A DNA stretch of 64,000 nt, taken from assembly GCA_030604825.1 (NCBI GenBank), contig JAUVVB010000003.1, forward strand, positions 4,224-68,223, in the 5' to 3' direction. Below, piece by piece: positions 1-8,773 of the stretch. A model generated the notes under the pieces. It saw nothing but the letters and a program-made list of their open reading frames with translations, made no database searches and was not told the DNA's origin. The translations under genes were made by a program, and so were the position numbers. How positions within the stretch are numbered: position 1 is the first letter of the stretch; each line of letters opens with the position of its first letter. This DNA comes from Chloroflexota bacterium. GTDB lineage: Bacteria; Chloroflexota; Dehalococcoidia; E44-bin15.

Positions 1-1962
1 GATATCTTTGAGCCCAGCGCCGAAGACCTCATGGATGCCATCTCCGATAGCCTCACCCTCGACGGCGATGTGCTGCGCGCCCTGGAGAGCCTGTTTCGGC
101 TGGGGATGCAGGGGCGCTTTGGGCAGAGGCTTCTCGGCCTTCAGGATTTGCTGGAGCAACTGCGCGCCGCCCGGAGGCAGACCCTGGAAAGATATGACCT
201 CAGTTCCATCCTCGATGAAATCCGTGACAGATTGGATCAGGTCATCAAGACTGAAAGGGAGGGCATAAACAGGCGCCTGGAGCAGGCTGAGGCCACTGGG
301 GACCAGGATCTGGTCAAGGTGGTTCAGGACCTGGCTGCCAGAAACTGCTCCTTTCTGGAAAATCTCCCCCGAGAGATCGCCGCTGCCATCAAGGAGCTGG
401 CAAGCTACGAGTTCATCGACGCTGAGGCCAGGCGACAGTTTGAAGAGCTTATGGATATGCTCAAATCGAGGGTCATGGATTCCTACTTCCGGGATATCCG
501 TCACGACCTCGAGGGCCTGACCCCGGAGGAGCTGGGGAAGCTGAGGGATATGGTGCAAAACCTCAACCGCATGCTGCGGGAGAGGATGGCAGGGCTGGAG
601 CCCGATTTTGAGGGTTTCATGCAGAGGTTTGGCCATTACTTCGGGGCAGAAAGGCCGCAAAGCCTTGATGAGCTGGTGCAGATGCTTCAGCGGAGAATGG
701 CACAGATGCAGTCCCTTCTGGATAGCCTCGCCCCGGAGCAGAGACAGGCCCTCGAGGACCTGGTGGAGTCCCTGCTTCAGGATGAGGGCCTGAGGCAGGA
801 GATAGAGGAGCTGGCAGCAAATCTGGAGCGTCTCTTCCCCATGGGGGAGCTGAGGGCTCACTACCCCTTCAGCGGCGAAGAGCCCCTATCCCTGGCGGAG
901 GCGCTGCGGCTTATGGAGGAGCTCCAGGGGATGGATGAGCTGGAAAGGCAGCTAAAGGGAAGCCGCTTTGCCCCCAAACCGGGGCAGATCGATGCCCAAA
1001 AGGTGCGCCACTTTTTGGGGGAGGAGGCATACCGCTCCCTGGAGCAACTGAGGCGAATCACCGACGTCTTGGAGGAGGCGGGTTATATTGGGAGGAAGAG
1101 CGGCAGATGGGAGCTCACCCCGAGAGGTATAAGGAAGATCGGGGAGAAGGCGCTGAGGGAGATCTTCTCCTATCTGAAGCGAGGCAGATTTGGCAGGCAT
1201 CCGGTGGCGGCCAGTGGTATGGGCGGCGACCAGGCCGATGAAACCAAGAAGTATGAATTCGGCGACCCATTTCACCTCCACATCGAGAGGACGCTGATGA
1301 GCTCCCTCCGTCGTGAGGGTCCGGGAAGCCCGCTCAAGGTAAAGCCAGAGGACTTTGAGGTTTACCAGGTGGAGTATCTCACCCAGTGCTCCACGGTGCT
1401 GATGCTCGACCTTAGCTGGTCGATGCCGGTGCGGGGTAACTTCTTTGCTGCCAAGAAGGTGGCCCTGGCCCTGGATAGCCTGATTCGAGCCCAGTTCCCC
1501 AGGGACAACCTCTATATCGTTGGCTTTTCCGATTATGCCCGGGAGATCAAAAAGGAGATGCTTCCCCATATCAACTGGAACGAGTTCGTCTATGGCACCA
1601 ACATGCATCATGGATTCATGCTTTCCCGTCAGCTTCTTTCCCGGCATAAGGGCGGGAGCAGGCAGATCATAATGGTGACCGATGGCGAGCCCACCGCCCA
1701 CCTGGAGCAGGGTCATGCCTATTTCGACTATCCGCCAAGCCCGCGCACCCTTCAGTTGACCCTCAGCGAGGCAAAGCGCTGCGCCAAGGAGGGGATCGTC
1801 ATTAACATCTTCATGCTTGATAGAGACCCCTACATCATGGAGTTCGTCGACCTGCTCACCAAGGTCAGTGGAGGTCGCGCCTTCTACACCTCCCGTGAAA
1901 ATCTGGGCCAGTATGTGGTGGTGGATTACCTGAGCCACAGGAAGAGGCGGATCACTTCATAG
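1..1962 (+). CDS. VWA (von Willebrand A) domain protein with long helical N-terminal region; 5'-partial
   Basis: Frame is open from base 1 (DIFEPSAEDLMD...). C-terminal VWA MIDAS-like motifs: LMLDLSWSM, IIMVTDGEPT. Confidence 0.85.
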   Translation, partial: DIFEPSAEDLMDAISDSLTLDGDVLRALESLFRLGMQGRFGQRLLGLQDLLEQLRAARRQTLERYDLSSILDEIRDRLDQVIKTEREGINRRLEQAEATGDQDLVKVVQDLAARNCSFLENLPREIAAAIKELASYEFIDAEARRQFEELMDMLKSRVMDSYFRDIRHDLEGLTPEELGKLRDMVQNLNRMLRERMAGLEPDFEGFMQRFGHYFGAERPQSLDELVQMLQRRMAQMQSLLDSLAPEQRQALEDLVESLLQDEGLRQEIEELAANLERLFPMGELRAHYPFSGEEPLSLAEALRLMEELQGMDELERQLKGSRFAPKPGQIDAQKVRHFLGEEAYRSLEQLRRITDVLEEAGYIGRKSGRWELTPRGIRKIGEKALREIFSYLKRGRFGRHPVAASGMGGDQADETKKYEFGDPFHLHIERTLMSSLRREGPGSPLKVKPEDFEVYQVEYLTQCSTVLMLDLSWSMPVRGNFFAAKKVALALDSLIRAQFPRDNLYIVGFSDYAREIKKEMLPHINWNEFVYGTNMHHGFMLSRQLLSRHKGGSRQIIMVTDGEPTAHLEQGHAYFDYPPSPRTLQLTLSEAKRCAKEGIVINIFMLDRDPYIMEFVDLLTKVSGGRAFYTSRENLGQYVVVDYLSHRKRRITS

Positions 1963-2009
1963 ACGGCGTTCTGGCCATCGGGTGGTGCTTGGGGGAAATA
2001 ATAAGAGGG

Positions 2010-2342
2010 CTAGGGGCTTTCGTAGGAGCCAAAGATAAAGTTCAAGTCCTTCTCCAGAGCTGAGATGCTTGCTGGCGGAAAGAGCTTTTCATCTATATCG
2101 ATCATCATTTTCGTTTCCCCCAAAGCGGACCCCACGATGTGTACCCTGAGGCATTCCTTCTCAGCCTTCTCTCCCCCTTTGAATATCAGGGTGCCCCGGG
2201 AGATGTGTGATGAGCCGCCAGTAAGGGAATATGTTTGCAACTTTGACTCCGACACTACAAAGCCGTACTTCTGGACAAAGTCTTTAACCTCATCGTAGAG
2301 CATCTCAGGGTTTATGTTGTTGTATGTCTTCCTAATCTGCAT
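2010..2342 (-). CDS. Small hypothetical protein (110 aa)
   Basis: ATG at 2342 is preceded by GGGGGAAAGG. It follows the oxidoreductase operon on the same strand. The track's longer N-terminus overlaps the upstream gene. Confidence 0.7.
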   Translation of the reverse strand: MQIRKTYNNINPEMLYDEVKDFVQKYGFVVSESKLQTYSLTGGSSHISRGTLIFKGGEKAEKECLRVHIVGSALGETKMMIDIDEKLFPPASISALEKDLNFIFGSYESP

Positions 2343-2398
2343 CCTTTCCCCCTGTTTGATTATGTTCCCCTGCCATTTTATTGTCAAGCGATGCCAGG

Positions 2399-5038
2399 CT
2401 ATCCTGCCTTCTCTATTCTTACCGCAGATAGCTTTAGTTCCCCACCGGTCACCAAGTTTGCTGCGCCTTTGGCGAAATGGGCGCTCATGGACACCACCCC
2501 CGGGGGCGAAGCCTCCGTTATCCTTGCCTTTGCCTTCACCTGGCCACGGCGTGAGATGACCCTCACCCATTGGTTATCGGCGATGCCCAGATTGGCGGCA
2601 TCTGCGGGGTTCAGCTCCACCAGCTCCTCGCCCCTCAGCCTCATCAGCCCCTCCACCTTCTGGGTCATGCTGCCCAGGTGATAGAGGCTGCGCTCCGTGG
2701 TCAGCATCAGCGGATACTGCTCATCGGGAAGCTCTGCCGGCGCTTCATACTTTAAGGGGGCGAATCTGCCTCTGCCTCGGCTGAAGCCTTCAGCGTGAAG
2801 GTTCGGGGTCCCGGGATGATCCCTGGTGGGGCAGGGCCATTGAATCCCGGCTTCTGTGAGGCGCTGGTGGGAGATGCCACCATACTGGGGGACGAGGCGG
2901 GCGATCTCTTCCATGATCTGGGATGGGGAATCGAATTCGAAGCCCTCAAATCCCATCCTGCTTGCTATCTGGCAGGCGATCTGCCCATCGGGCCTGGACT
3001 CATCTATGGGCTCTATTGCCTGGCGCACCAGCTGCACCCGGCGCTCGGTGTTGGTGAAGGTCCCATCCTTCTCGGCGAAGCTCGCCGCCGGCAGAACCAG
3101 ATGGGCCAGGCGAGCGGTCTCGGTGAGGAAGATGTCCTGAACCACCAGGAACTTCGTCCGCCTCAGCGCCTTTCTCACATATCGAATATCTGCCATGTTT
3201 AGCGCCGGGTTGGCCCCGACGATATAGACGGCCTTTATCTTACCCTCAGCGGCAGCCTCGAGCATCTCAGTCAGGCTTAGCCCGGGATTGGGGTTAAGCG
3301 GATAGCCCCAGGCCCTCTCGAATTTCTCCCTGCTCTGGGGGTCTGACAGCGGTTGATAGCCGGGGAGGAAATGGGGCAAGGCACCCATGTCTGAGATGCC
3401 CTGGGCGTTATTCTGCCCTTTTAGCGGGTTCAGGCCGCTGCCCTTGCCCATGTTTCCGCTGAGCATCGCCAGGTTGGCCAGGGCAAGCACGTTCTGGGTG
3501 GCCTGGCTGTGCTGGGTGAGCCCCGAGCCGTAGAGGATGACTGCCGGTTTATGGGTAGCCAAGGTGCGTGCCGCCTCCTTCAGCAGCTCCTGGGGAACGC
3601 CGCTGATTTCCTCGGCCAGGCCCAGGTCGAAATCCCTTAAACAGTCTTGAAATTGCTCAAAATTCTGGCATCGCTCCTCGATGAAGGAAAGGTCAGCCAG
3701 GTTCTCATCCAGCATCACCCGCATCATTCCCATGAGCAGGGCGAGATCGCTTCCGGGGCGATTCCTCAGCCACAGGGTTGACAGGCGGCAAAGGTCGATC
3801 TCCCTGGGGTTTGCCAGGATAAGCTTTGCCCCTTTCCTTGCTGCCCTCCTTATCCGCTGCCCCAGTATGGGGTGGGAGGAGGTGGGGTTGGTTCCGATGG
3901 CGAGGATGCACGCCGCCCTCTCGATGTCATCCATGGAATTGGACATGGCGCCATCGCCAAAGCTGTGGCCCAGGGCTTCCAGCGAGGGGGCATCGCAGAG
4001 GCGGGAGTCGCTGTCGATATCGTTACTTCCCATGGCCACGCGGGCAAATTTCTGCAGGATATAGCCATCCTCATTGGTTCCCTTGGCCGAGGCAATGAGG
4101 GCAAATTCCTCGCCCCTATATTTGGCGAATTCCGTTGCCATGAGATCGATGGCCTGCTCCCATGATATCTGCGAAAAGGTTCTCCCCCTCTTGACCAGGG
4201 GTGAGGTGAGCCGATCCCGGTGGTGAACGAAATCGGCGATGCCAAAGCGCCCCTTGGCACAAAGGGTACCCTTATTTGTGGCGTTCTCCTCATCGCCGCG
4301 CACCCCGACGATGGTGCCCTCATCCAGCCCCAGGTATATGCCGCAGCCAACGGCGCAGTAGGGGCAGATGGTCTTCACCTCCTCCTTGGGCCACCTCAGG
4401 TCCTTCTCCACCAGGGCAGCAACGGGGCAGATGGCGACGCACTCCCCGCAGGACTCGCACCTTTCATCTATCACCGGCTGGACATCGAAGGGGCGGAGCG
4501 TGGTTTCAAAGCCGCGGAAGGTGAAGTCGATGGCATTGGCGCCCACGATTTCGCTGCACACCGAGACGCATTTCCCGCAGACGACGCACTTATTGGGGTC
4601 GCGGATGAAGAAGGGGTTGCTGGCATCTACCGGAAGCGCCTTGGGGGTGGGCCTGAGGCGCTTTGGCTTCAGCTTAACCCCAACGAAGGCGGCGATCCGC
4701 TGCAGCTCACAGTGGCGATTCTTGGCGCATGCCCCGCAATCGGGGCACTCGGCGGCGATCAAAAGCTCGGCGGCAGTGCGGCGCAGCCTCCTGACCTGGG
4801 GGGTATCAGTATGAACCACCAACCCCTCGGCCACGGGCTCGGTGCATGAGGTCACCGGATCGGCCCTTCCTTCCACCTCCACGAAGCAAAGCCGGCAGCC
4901 GGCATGGGGCTCCTCCGCCCAGCGCAGGGCACAAAGGTTGGGGATGTAGATGCCATTATCCAGCGCCGCCCACAGGATTTTTTCGCCCTTGGGCGCTTTG
5001 ATGGTAATGCCATCTATGATCAGATCGACCGTATCCAT
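2399..5038 (-). CDS. Formate dehydrogenase alpha-like molybdopterin oxidoreductase with N-terminal NuoG/HydA-type Fe-S domains; atypical active site
   Basis: [2Fe-2S] motif (LC...GCRLC...SC), 2x[4Fe-4S] (CVVCGKCVSVC, CESCGECVAICP), CPYCAVGC...C, and Mo-bisPGD motifs (FAEKDGTFTNTERRVQ). Active-site loop RLCDAPS; KGQNN. Confidence 0.9.
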   Translation of the reverse strand: MDTVDLIIDGITIKAPKGEKILWAALDNGIYIPNLCALRWAEEPHAGCRLCFVEVEGRADPVTSCTEPVAEGLVVHTDTPQVRRLRRTAAELLIAAECPDCGACAKNRHCELQRIAAFVGVKLKPKRLRPTPKALPVDASNPFFIRDPNKCVVCGKCVSVCSEIVGANAIDFTFRGFETTLRPFDVQPVIDERCESCGECVAICPVAALVEKDLRWPKEEVKTICPYCAVGCGIYLGLDEGTIVGVRGDEENATNKGTLCAKGRFGIADFVHHRDRLTSPLVKRGRTFSQISWEQAIDLMATEFAKYRGEEFALIASAKGTNEDGYILQKFARVAMGSNDIDSDSRLCDAPSLEALGHSFGDGAMSNSMDDIERAACILAIGTNPTSSHPILGQRIRRAARKGAKLILANPREIDLCRLSTLWLRNRPGSDLALLMGMMRVMLDENLADLSFIEERCQNFEQFQDCLRDFDLGLAEEISGVPQELLKEAARTLATHKPAVILYGSGLTQHSQATQNVLALANLAMLSGNMGKGSGLNPLKGQNNAQGISDMGALPHFLPGYQPLSDPQSREKFERAWGYPLNPNPGLSLTEMLEAAAEGKIKAVYIVGANPALNMADIRYVRKALRRTKFLVVQDIFLTETARLAHLVLPAASFAEKDGTFTNTERRVQLVRQAIEPIDESRPDGQIACQIASRMGFEGFEFDSPSQIMEEIARLVPQYGGISHQRLTEAGIQWPCPTRDHPGTPNLHAEGFSRGRGRFAPLKYEAPAELPDEQYPLMLTTERSLYHLGSMTQKVEGLMRLRGEELVELNPADAANLGIADNQWVRVISRRGQVKAKARITEASPPGVVSMSAHFAKGAANLVTGGELKLSAVRIEKAG

Positions 5039-6954
5039 TATTTCTTCGAAGGGGGAACCAAACTCTTGGGCGATAGCCTTATTATGGCATCGTATTGAGG
5101 GGGGCAGGCTTCAAGGCAGGTTCCGCACTTGACGCACTTTTCCTGATCAATGATCTTTATCCCCCTCTTTCCGGTAGATATCGCCTCCACGGAACAGCTC
5201 CCCACACAGGCATCGCACGAGCGCTCGCATTTCTCGGGGATGATGTAGTAGGCGGTGAGCTCCTTACAGTAATGCGCTGGGCAGCGCCCCTCCTTTATAT
5301 GGACTTCATATTCATCGCGGAAATAACGGATGGTGGTGAGGATGGGGTTTGGCGCCGTCTTCCCCAGGCCGCAGAGGGCCCCTTTTTTCACATCTTGGCC
5401 CAGTTCTATCAGGAGGTCTATATCCTCTATCTTGCCCTTGCCCTTAGTGATATCCTCAAGGACATCTAGCATCTGCCTTGTCCCCAATCGGCACATGGTG
5501 CACTTGCCGCAGGATTCTCGCTGGGTGAACTCCAGGAAATAGCGGGCGGCGTCGACCATGCAGTTGTCCTCGTCCATGACTACCATTCCCCCCGAGCCCA
5601 TCATCGCCCCGACATCGGTGAGGGAATCGAAATCGATGGCGGTATCCAGCAGGCTTTCGGGGAGGCAGCCGCCGGAGGGCCCGCCGATCTGCACCGCCTT
5701 AAACCGCTTCCCTTTAGGGATCCCGCCGCCAACCTCGAAGATGAGCTGGCGCAGCGAGGTGCCCATGGGCACCTCAACGAGGCCGGTGTTCAGTACCTTC
5801 CCGGCCAGGGCGAATACCGCAGTTCCCCTGCTCTGCTCCGTGCCCAGGGAGGCAAACCATGGCGCACCCCGATGGATGATCTGGGGAACGCTGGCCAGGG
5901 TCTTAACGTTATTGATCAGGGTTGGCTTTCCCCACAGGCCGTGGGTGGCTGGATAGGGAGGGCGATGCCGAGGCATCCCCCTCCTTCCCTCCATGGACCG
6001 GATCATCGCCGTCTCCTCGCCGCAGACAAAGGCGCCGGAACCCCTCATTACCTCAGCGTGAAAGCTGAAGTCGCTGCCCAGAATATCATCGCCCAGTAAC
6101 CCCAAATCCTGGGCTTGCTTCAGGGCGGTTCGGGCGCGCTCCACCGCCAGGGGGTACTCCATTCGAACGTAGATATAGCCCTTTGCTGCCCCCACTGCAT
6201 AGCCAGCGATGATCATCCCCTCGATGACTGATTGAGGTTCGCTCTCCAGGATGGCTCGGTCCATGAAGGCGCCGGGGTCGCCCTCGTCGGCATTGCAGAT
6301 CACGTATTTTGGCTCTCCCGCCGCCTGGCGACATATCTGCCACTTCTCTCCCGTGGGGAAGCCAGCGCCACCACGCCCCCTGAGCCCTGACCTTTTGACC
6401 TCCTCAATAACCCCCTCCCTCCCCATCGCCAGTGCCTTGGCCAGCCCGCCATAGCCCCCGTTGGCGATATATTGGTAGATGTCCTCGGGGTCGATATAAC
6501 CGCAGTTTTTTAGCAGGACGCGGGTCTCATATTTGAACCTGGGCTGATCGAAGATACTGGGGATGAGCTCGTTTTCCTCCAGGGCACCCAGGGCAAATTC
6601 CAGGCAGGGGTCATCGCCCAGCAGGAAGTCCTGCACCAGCCGGGAGGCAATCCCGGGGGTCACATAGCCGTAGCAAATGGGGGGGTAGCCTGGCTTTTCT
6701 ATGATCACCAGCGGCTCGGCGTAGCAATAACCCATGCAGCCAACCTGGGTTAGCTTGGCCTCAACCTTATGCCTCTCCAGCTCATCGTGGAGGGTTTTCA
6801 CCACATCCAGAGCCCCGGCTGCCCTGCCGCAGGTGGCGGTGCCAACCAGGAGGTGAGGCCTTTTGCCGTCTTTAAGCGCTTCCCACCGTTTAAGGGCTTG
6901 GCCCCTGATCTCCTCGAAGGCCTGCCATATCCGCCCCTTAGCCTTATCGGTCAC
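5038..6954 (-). CDS. NuoF/HydB-like NADH/FMN-binding beta subunit
   Basis: GLRGRGGAGFP, NADEGDPGAFMDR, GAFVCGEET, GGPSGGC, ESCGKCTMCRLG, C-terminal ferredoxin-like domain, N-terminal thioredoxin-like [2Fe-2S] domain. Confidence 0.95.
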   Translation of the reverse strand: MTDKAKGRIWQAFEEIRGQALKRWEALKDGKRPHLLVGTATCGRAAGALDVVKTLHDELERHKVEAKLTQVGCMGYCYAEPLVIIEKPGYPPICYGYVTPGIASRLVQDFLLGDDPCLEFALGALEENELIPSIFDQPRFKYETRVLLKNCGYIDPEDIYQYIANGGYGGLAKALAMGREGVIEEVKRSGLRGRGGAGFPTGEKWQICRQAAGEPKYVICNADEGDPGAFMDRAILESEPQSVIEGMIIAGYAVGAAKGYIYVRMEYPLAVERARTALKQAQDLGLLGDDILGSDFSFHAEVMRGSGAFVCGEETAMIRSMEGRRGMPRHRPPYPATHGLWGKPTLINNVKTLASVPQIIHRGAPWFASLGTEQSRGTAVFALAGKVLNTGLVEVPMGTSLRQLIFEVGGGIPKGKRFKAVQIGGPSGGCLPESLLDTAIDFDSLTDVGAMMGSGGMVVMDEDNCMVDAARYFLEFTQRESCGKCTMCRLGTRQMLDVLEDITKGKGKIEDIDLLIELGQDVKKGALCGLGKTAPNPILTTIRYFRDEYEVHIKEGRCPAHYCKELTAYYIIPEKCERSCDACVGSCSVEAISTGKRGIKIIDQEKCVKCGTCLEACPPQYDAIIRLSPKSLVPPSKK

Positions 6955-7487
6955 TTGCTATTTTCCTCGCCCTTTTCTTTCTCCAGCTCGAAGGATAGCA
7001 GTATGCCGTCCACCCTGGTGGGCGAAACCCTGCCCTGAACCTCCTCGTCAACTACGCTCACCGGGGCCATGGCGCAGCAGCCCACACAGGCCACTCGTTC
7101 CAGACTGACCTGGCGATCTGGGGTGGTTTGCCCCGGTTTGATGCCCAGCCGCCTTTCCCAGGCCTCCAGGATGTTCACCCCGCCCTTCATATGGCAGGCA
7201 GTTCCCAGGCAAACCTTTACCGGGTGCTTTCCCGGCGGGTTAAGCCGAAATTGATTATAGAAGGTGGCCACACCCAGGACCTCGATCTCCGTGATCCGCA
7301 TAAATTTGGCGATCTCCTTGATCGCCTCCCTGGGTAGATAACCAAACCTGGCCTGAATCTCTTGCAGAATGGGGATCAGCTTTCCCCTTTCCCCACCATG
7401 CCCCCTCAGTATTTCCCGTGTCTGCCTTATTCGCTCCTCTTCATCCGTCACCGATATGCCTGACCTCGCCTGAATCAATCTGTCCAA
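6951..7487 (-). CDS. NuoE/HydC-like [2Fe-2S] subunit
   Basis: VCLGTACHMKG and VACVGCCAMAP motifs; its stop overlaps the start of the beta subunit. Confidence 0.93.
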   Translation of the reverse strand: MDRLIQARSGISVTDEEERIRQTREILRGHGGERGKLIPILQEIQARFGYLPREAIKEIAKFMRITEIEVLGVATFYNQFRLNPPGKHPVKVCLGTACHMKGGVNILEAWERRLGIKPGQTTPDRQVSLERVACVGCCAMAPVSVVDEEVQGRVSPTRVDGILLSFELEKEKGEENSK

Positions 7488-7587
7488 TTATAACATAATA
7501 AAGGTGACTAATAGAAATGAGAGGTGCTGGACAAAGGGGGGGCAGCGGTGTAATCTGGTTTGTCGAGGGATTAAGAGGAGGTCAACA

Positions 7588-8715
7588 ATGAACTTCGAGA
7601 TCACCGCCGAGCAGAGGGAGTTGAGGCGGGAGGTGGCGGAGCTTGCACGGAGATTTCAGCCCAGGATTGATGAGTGGGAGGCAAAGAGCATTGCCCCCAG
7701 GGAGCTATTTGAGGAGCTGGGCCGGAGGCGCTGGATGGGGCCCATCGTCCCCCCACAGTACGATGGGATGGGCAAAGGGGCTATGGAATACTGTATCATC
7801 AGCGAGGAGCTGGCCAGGTTTGGGCTCTTTGGCCCCCAGCCCACCATTCAGGCGGAGAAGCACCTCCTTGCCTCGGGAAGCGAGGAACAGAAACAAAGCT
7901 ATCTTCCCATGCTGGCCAGGGGGGAAGGGATAGCGGCCATTGCCATCTCCGAGCCCATGGTGGGCTCCAGCTTCGAGCTAATGGAGACCACGGCGCTCAA
8001 AAGGGAAGGGGGCTATGTGCTCAACGGGCGTAAGTCCCACATCAACTTTGCCGCCGATGCCGCCATAATCCTGCTCTATGCCAAAAGCGAAAGGGGCCTC
8101 TCCATCTTCATCGTTGAAAGGGGAACGCCGGGCATCAGGTTCGAGAAGGGAGACCCCATCGGGCAGAGGATGCAGCCCATCTACGATTTCACCCTGGAGG
8201 ATGTTCGGATTCCCCAGAACCAGCTATTGGGCGAAGAGGGCGATGGCATGAGCACCTTTTTCGCCAGCTTCAACCTGAGCCGCATCGGGAATGCCTCATG
8301 CCTCATCGGGCTGGCCAGAGGTGCGCTGGAGGAGGCCATCGATTATGCCAAGCAGAGAAGGGTGGGAGGAAACCTGGTAACCGATTTCCAGGGCATCCGC
8401 TGGATGGTAGCCGAGCTGGTGACCAGGATCGAGGCGGCAACCCTGCTCAGGGACAAGGCGGCATGGCTGGAGGATCGGGGGGTGGAGCACGCCCTGGAGA
8501 CGGCCATGGCCAGGTACTATGCTGCCGAGGTGGCGGAGGAGGCCTGTTCCCAGGTCTTCTCCCTGGTGGGAGGCTGGGGTTGCCGCCGGGAGAGGCCCTT
8601 TGAACGCTTCTGGCGGGACGCCAAGGTGGGCAAGCTGGCCGGCGGCTCCTCCGAGGTGCTCAAGAACCTCATCGCCAGGCGGGTGCTGGGCAAGGAGGGA
8701 GCTCCATTATCTTGA
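7588..8715 (+). CDS. Acyl-CoA dehydrogenase
   Basis: AISEPMVGS, LNGRKSHI, RVGGNLVTDFQGI, GGSSEV motifs; GAGGAG RBS before the ATG at 7588. Confidence 0.92.
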   Translation: MNFEITAEQRELRREVAELARRFQPRIDEWEAKSIAPRELFEELGRRRWMGPIVPPQYDGMGKGAMEYCIISEELARFGLFGPQPTIQAEKHLLASGSEEQKQSYLPMLARGEGIAAIAISEPMVGSSFELMETTALKREGGYVLNGRKSHINFAADAAIILLYAKSERGLSIFIVERGTPGIRFEKGDPIGQRMQPIYDFTLEDVRIPQNQLLGEEGDGMSTFFASFNLSRIGNASCLIGLARGALEEAIDYAKQRRVGGNLVTDFQGIRWMVAELVTRIEAATLLRDKAAWLEDRGVEHALETAMARYYAAEVAEEACSQVFSLVGGWGCRRERPFERFWRDAKVGKLAGGSSEVLKNLIARRVLGKEGAPLS

Positions 8716-8740
8716 CGTTGCCCCATCGCCTTGCTACAAT
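8712..8740 (+). promoter_or_regulatory. sigma70-type promoter for thiolase/DUF35
   Basis: TTGACG-17 nt-TACAAT. Confidence 0.6.
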
Positions 8741-8773
8741 CGCCATCGTCTCAATAGAATCTTTGGAGGGGAA

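Noticed and set aside
3992-3997. Selenocysteine in the FDH-like subunit
   Set aside because: The ligand codon is TGC (Cys); there is no in-frame TGA.
7504-8773. Longer N-termini from the ORF track (7504, 8519; likewise 15457, 18637, 23009, 27098, 40729, 44114, 46616, 56497)
   Set aside because: The extensions overlap promoters or upstream genes and lack homology-like sequence; downstream starts have clear RBSs.
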